In this document: positions 62,994-64,000 of the stretch, one piece after another | Layout of the letters: each line of letters starts with the position of its first letter | How positions within the stretch are numbered: the stretch's first letter is position 1 | Origin: a virus | Taxonomy: Duplodnaviria > Caudoviricetes | IMG/VR virus record: IMGVR_UViG_3300024261_000026 | Coordinates: 1,909 to 65,908 of that record | Direction: 5' to 3' (one strand) | Length of the DNA: 64,000 nucleotides | Program-made: the position numbers and the translations under genes | Notes under the pieces: generated by a model | What the model saw: the letters and a program-made list of their open reading frames with translations, nothing else | Databases searched by the model: none | What the model was told of the DNA's origin: nothing

Positions 62994-64000
62994 ATGGGGA
63001 TTTATAGGTATTGGATGGTTTCTTTTGCCGTTATGGCATTTTTCAGCGCATGCAATTGCGATGATGAGAAACTCTTCTTTAGTTGCCCAATCCCCAGTCC
63101 CTGTATTAACACAGCAGACGGCGGCATGTATGTGTTTGACCAAGATTACCAGTCTCGCGCACAAGGCGAATGCCAACTCGGTATGACCGCATGCGATAGC
63201 GACAACAGGCAAATCTGCCCAGGCCAAGTTAAACCAGTCGCCGAAACTTGTGATGGTTTAGACAACAACTGCGATGGGATCGTAGATAACCAAATTTCTA
63301 GAGATATTGACGGAGATCTCTTCAATGATCTTGCGTCCTGTTTGAATGCTACGGACTGCGACGACAGGAACCCGAATGTCTTTCCTGGTGCAGATGAAGT
63401 ATGTAACGGCATTGATGATGATTGTGATGGCGAGATAGATGAGGTGGGTCCATATGAGTGTTGGACTGGCGCACCGGATACTGTATTTAGCGATGATACC
63501 CCGTGCAAGACTGGTATAGTTACTTGCGTTGATGGCGCCTGGTCTGGGTGCGAAGGACAACTATTGGGGCGACCGGAGTTGTGCGACACTATAGATAATG
63601 ATTGTAACGGAATAGTAGATGATGATCCATACTATGTAGGTTTGCCATGTGGACCAGATTCTACTGTTGGTCAATGTAGTTATGGAAGTAATGCGTGTAT
63701 CGACGGAGAACTTCTCTGTGTCGGCGCACAGTTTCCCCAAAATGAAATATGTGATAATATAGACAACGACTGCGATGGGATAACGGACAATGACCTAGAA
63801 AGACTCTGTGAGTCCGACTGTGGTCAGGGCATAGAGTTTTGCTCGGCCGGCGCCTGGGGCGGATGTACCGCACCGTCACCTGGGATTGAACTTTGTGATG
63901 GTGTCGATAATGATTGTGATGGTGAAGTAGACGAAAACTGCCCCTGCATAGAGGGAGATGCTCAAGCATGCCAAGAAGATCCTATGATGGATCAATACAC
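62994..64000 (+). CDS. Cys/Asp-rich lipoprotein with E.C(D/N)..D(N/D).C.G..D repeats (MopE-related putative metal-binding motif); runs off the window
   Basis: Own translation MGIYRYWMVSFAVMAFFSA-CNCDD...ETCDGLDNNCDGIVD...EVCNGIDDDCDGEID...ELCDTIDNDCNGIVD...EICDNIDNDCDGITD...ELCDGVDNDCDGEVD; no stop before the window end. Confidence 0.85.
   Translation, partial: MGIYRYWMVSFAVMAFFSACNCDDEKLFFSCPIPSPCINTADGGMYVFDQDYQSRAQGECQLGMTACDSDNRQICPGQVKPVAETCDGLDNNCDGIVDNQISRDIDGDLFNDLASCLNATDCDDRNPNVFPGADEVCNGIDDDCDGEIDEVGPYECWTGAPDTVFSDDTPCKTGIVTCVDGAWSGCEGQLLGRPELCDTIDNDCNGIVDDDPYYVGLPCGPDSTVGQCSYGSNACIDGELLCVGAQFPQNEICDNIDNDCDGITDNDLERLCESDCGQGIEFCSAGAWGGCTAPSPGIELCDGVDNDCDGEVDENCPCIEGDAQACQEDPMMDQY

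Noticed and set aside
1-64000. Stop-codon reassignment, inteins, introns or homing endonucleases
   Set aside because: Genes are full length under code 11 with TAA, TAG and TGA all used as stops; DnaE, NrdJ, RecA, helicase and capsid are of normal size with no intein motifs seen

Overview
A 64 kb segment of a large myovirus-type (T4-related structural module, probably jumbo-sized) bacteriophage genome. All credible genes are on the + strand and use the standard bacterial code. Positions 1-32.6 kb hold the virion module: bS21 ribosomal protein, a 3227-aa repetitive fibre, scaffold, gp23-type capsid, neck, sheath, tube, tail chaperone, tape measure and baseplate genes. Positions 32.6-48 kb hold replication genes: a compact PolA, a divergent tubulin/FtsZ, SSB, RecA, 5'-3' exonuclease, DnaB-type helicase, class II RNR, a GroES-like protein and DnaE. 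Positions 48-64 kb are accessory: DenV-like glycosylase, dUTPase, a beta-barrel OMP, Dam-type MTase, ClpP, a stand-alone sigma region-4 protein, a Mom-like DNA-modifying enzyme, GroEL, glutaredoxin, a MORC-like ATPase-nuclease fusion, tRNA(CAT, probably Ile2), Hsp20 and a Cys/Asp-repeat lipoprotein of myxobacterial style, suggesting a Myxococcota/deltaproteobacterial host. Two promoter classes are visible: sigma70 TTGACA-N17-TAnnnT, and a late-type CTA(T/C/G)TTA motif. The most interesting signals are (i) a GATC-containing palindromic operator ACAGATCA-N4-TGATCTGT filling the spacer of several sigma70 promoters, alongside phage-encoded Dam and Mom-like genes; (ii) a probable +1/-2 programmed frameshift in the tail chaperone; (iii) two similar H-type pseudoknots; and (iv) late-promoter genes outside the virion module that look like head-packaged cargo. 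All family assignments come from motif recognition by eye, not database searches.
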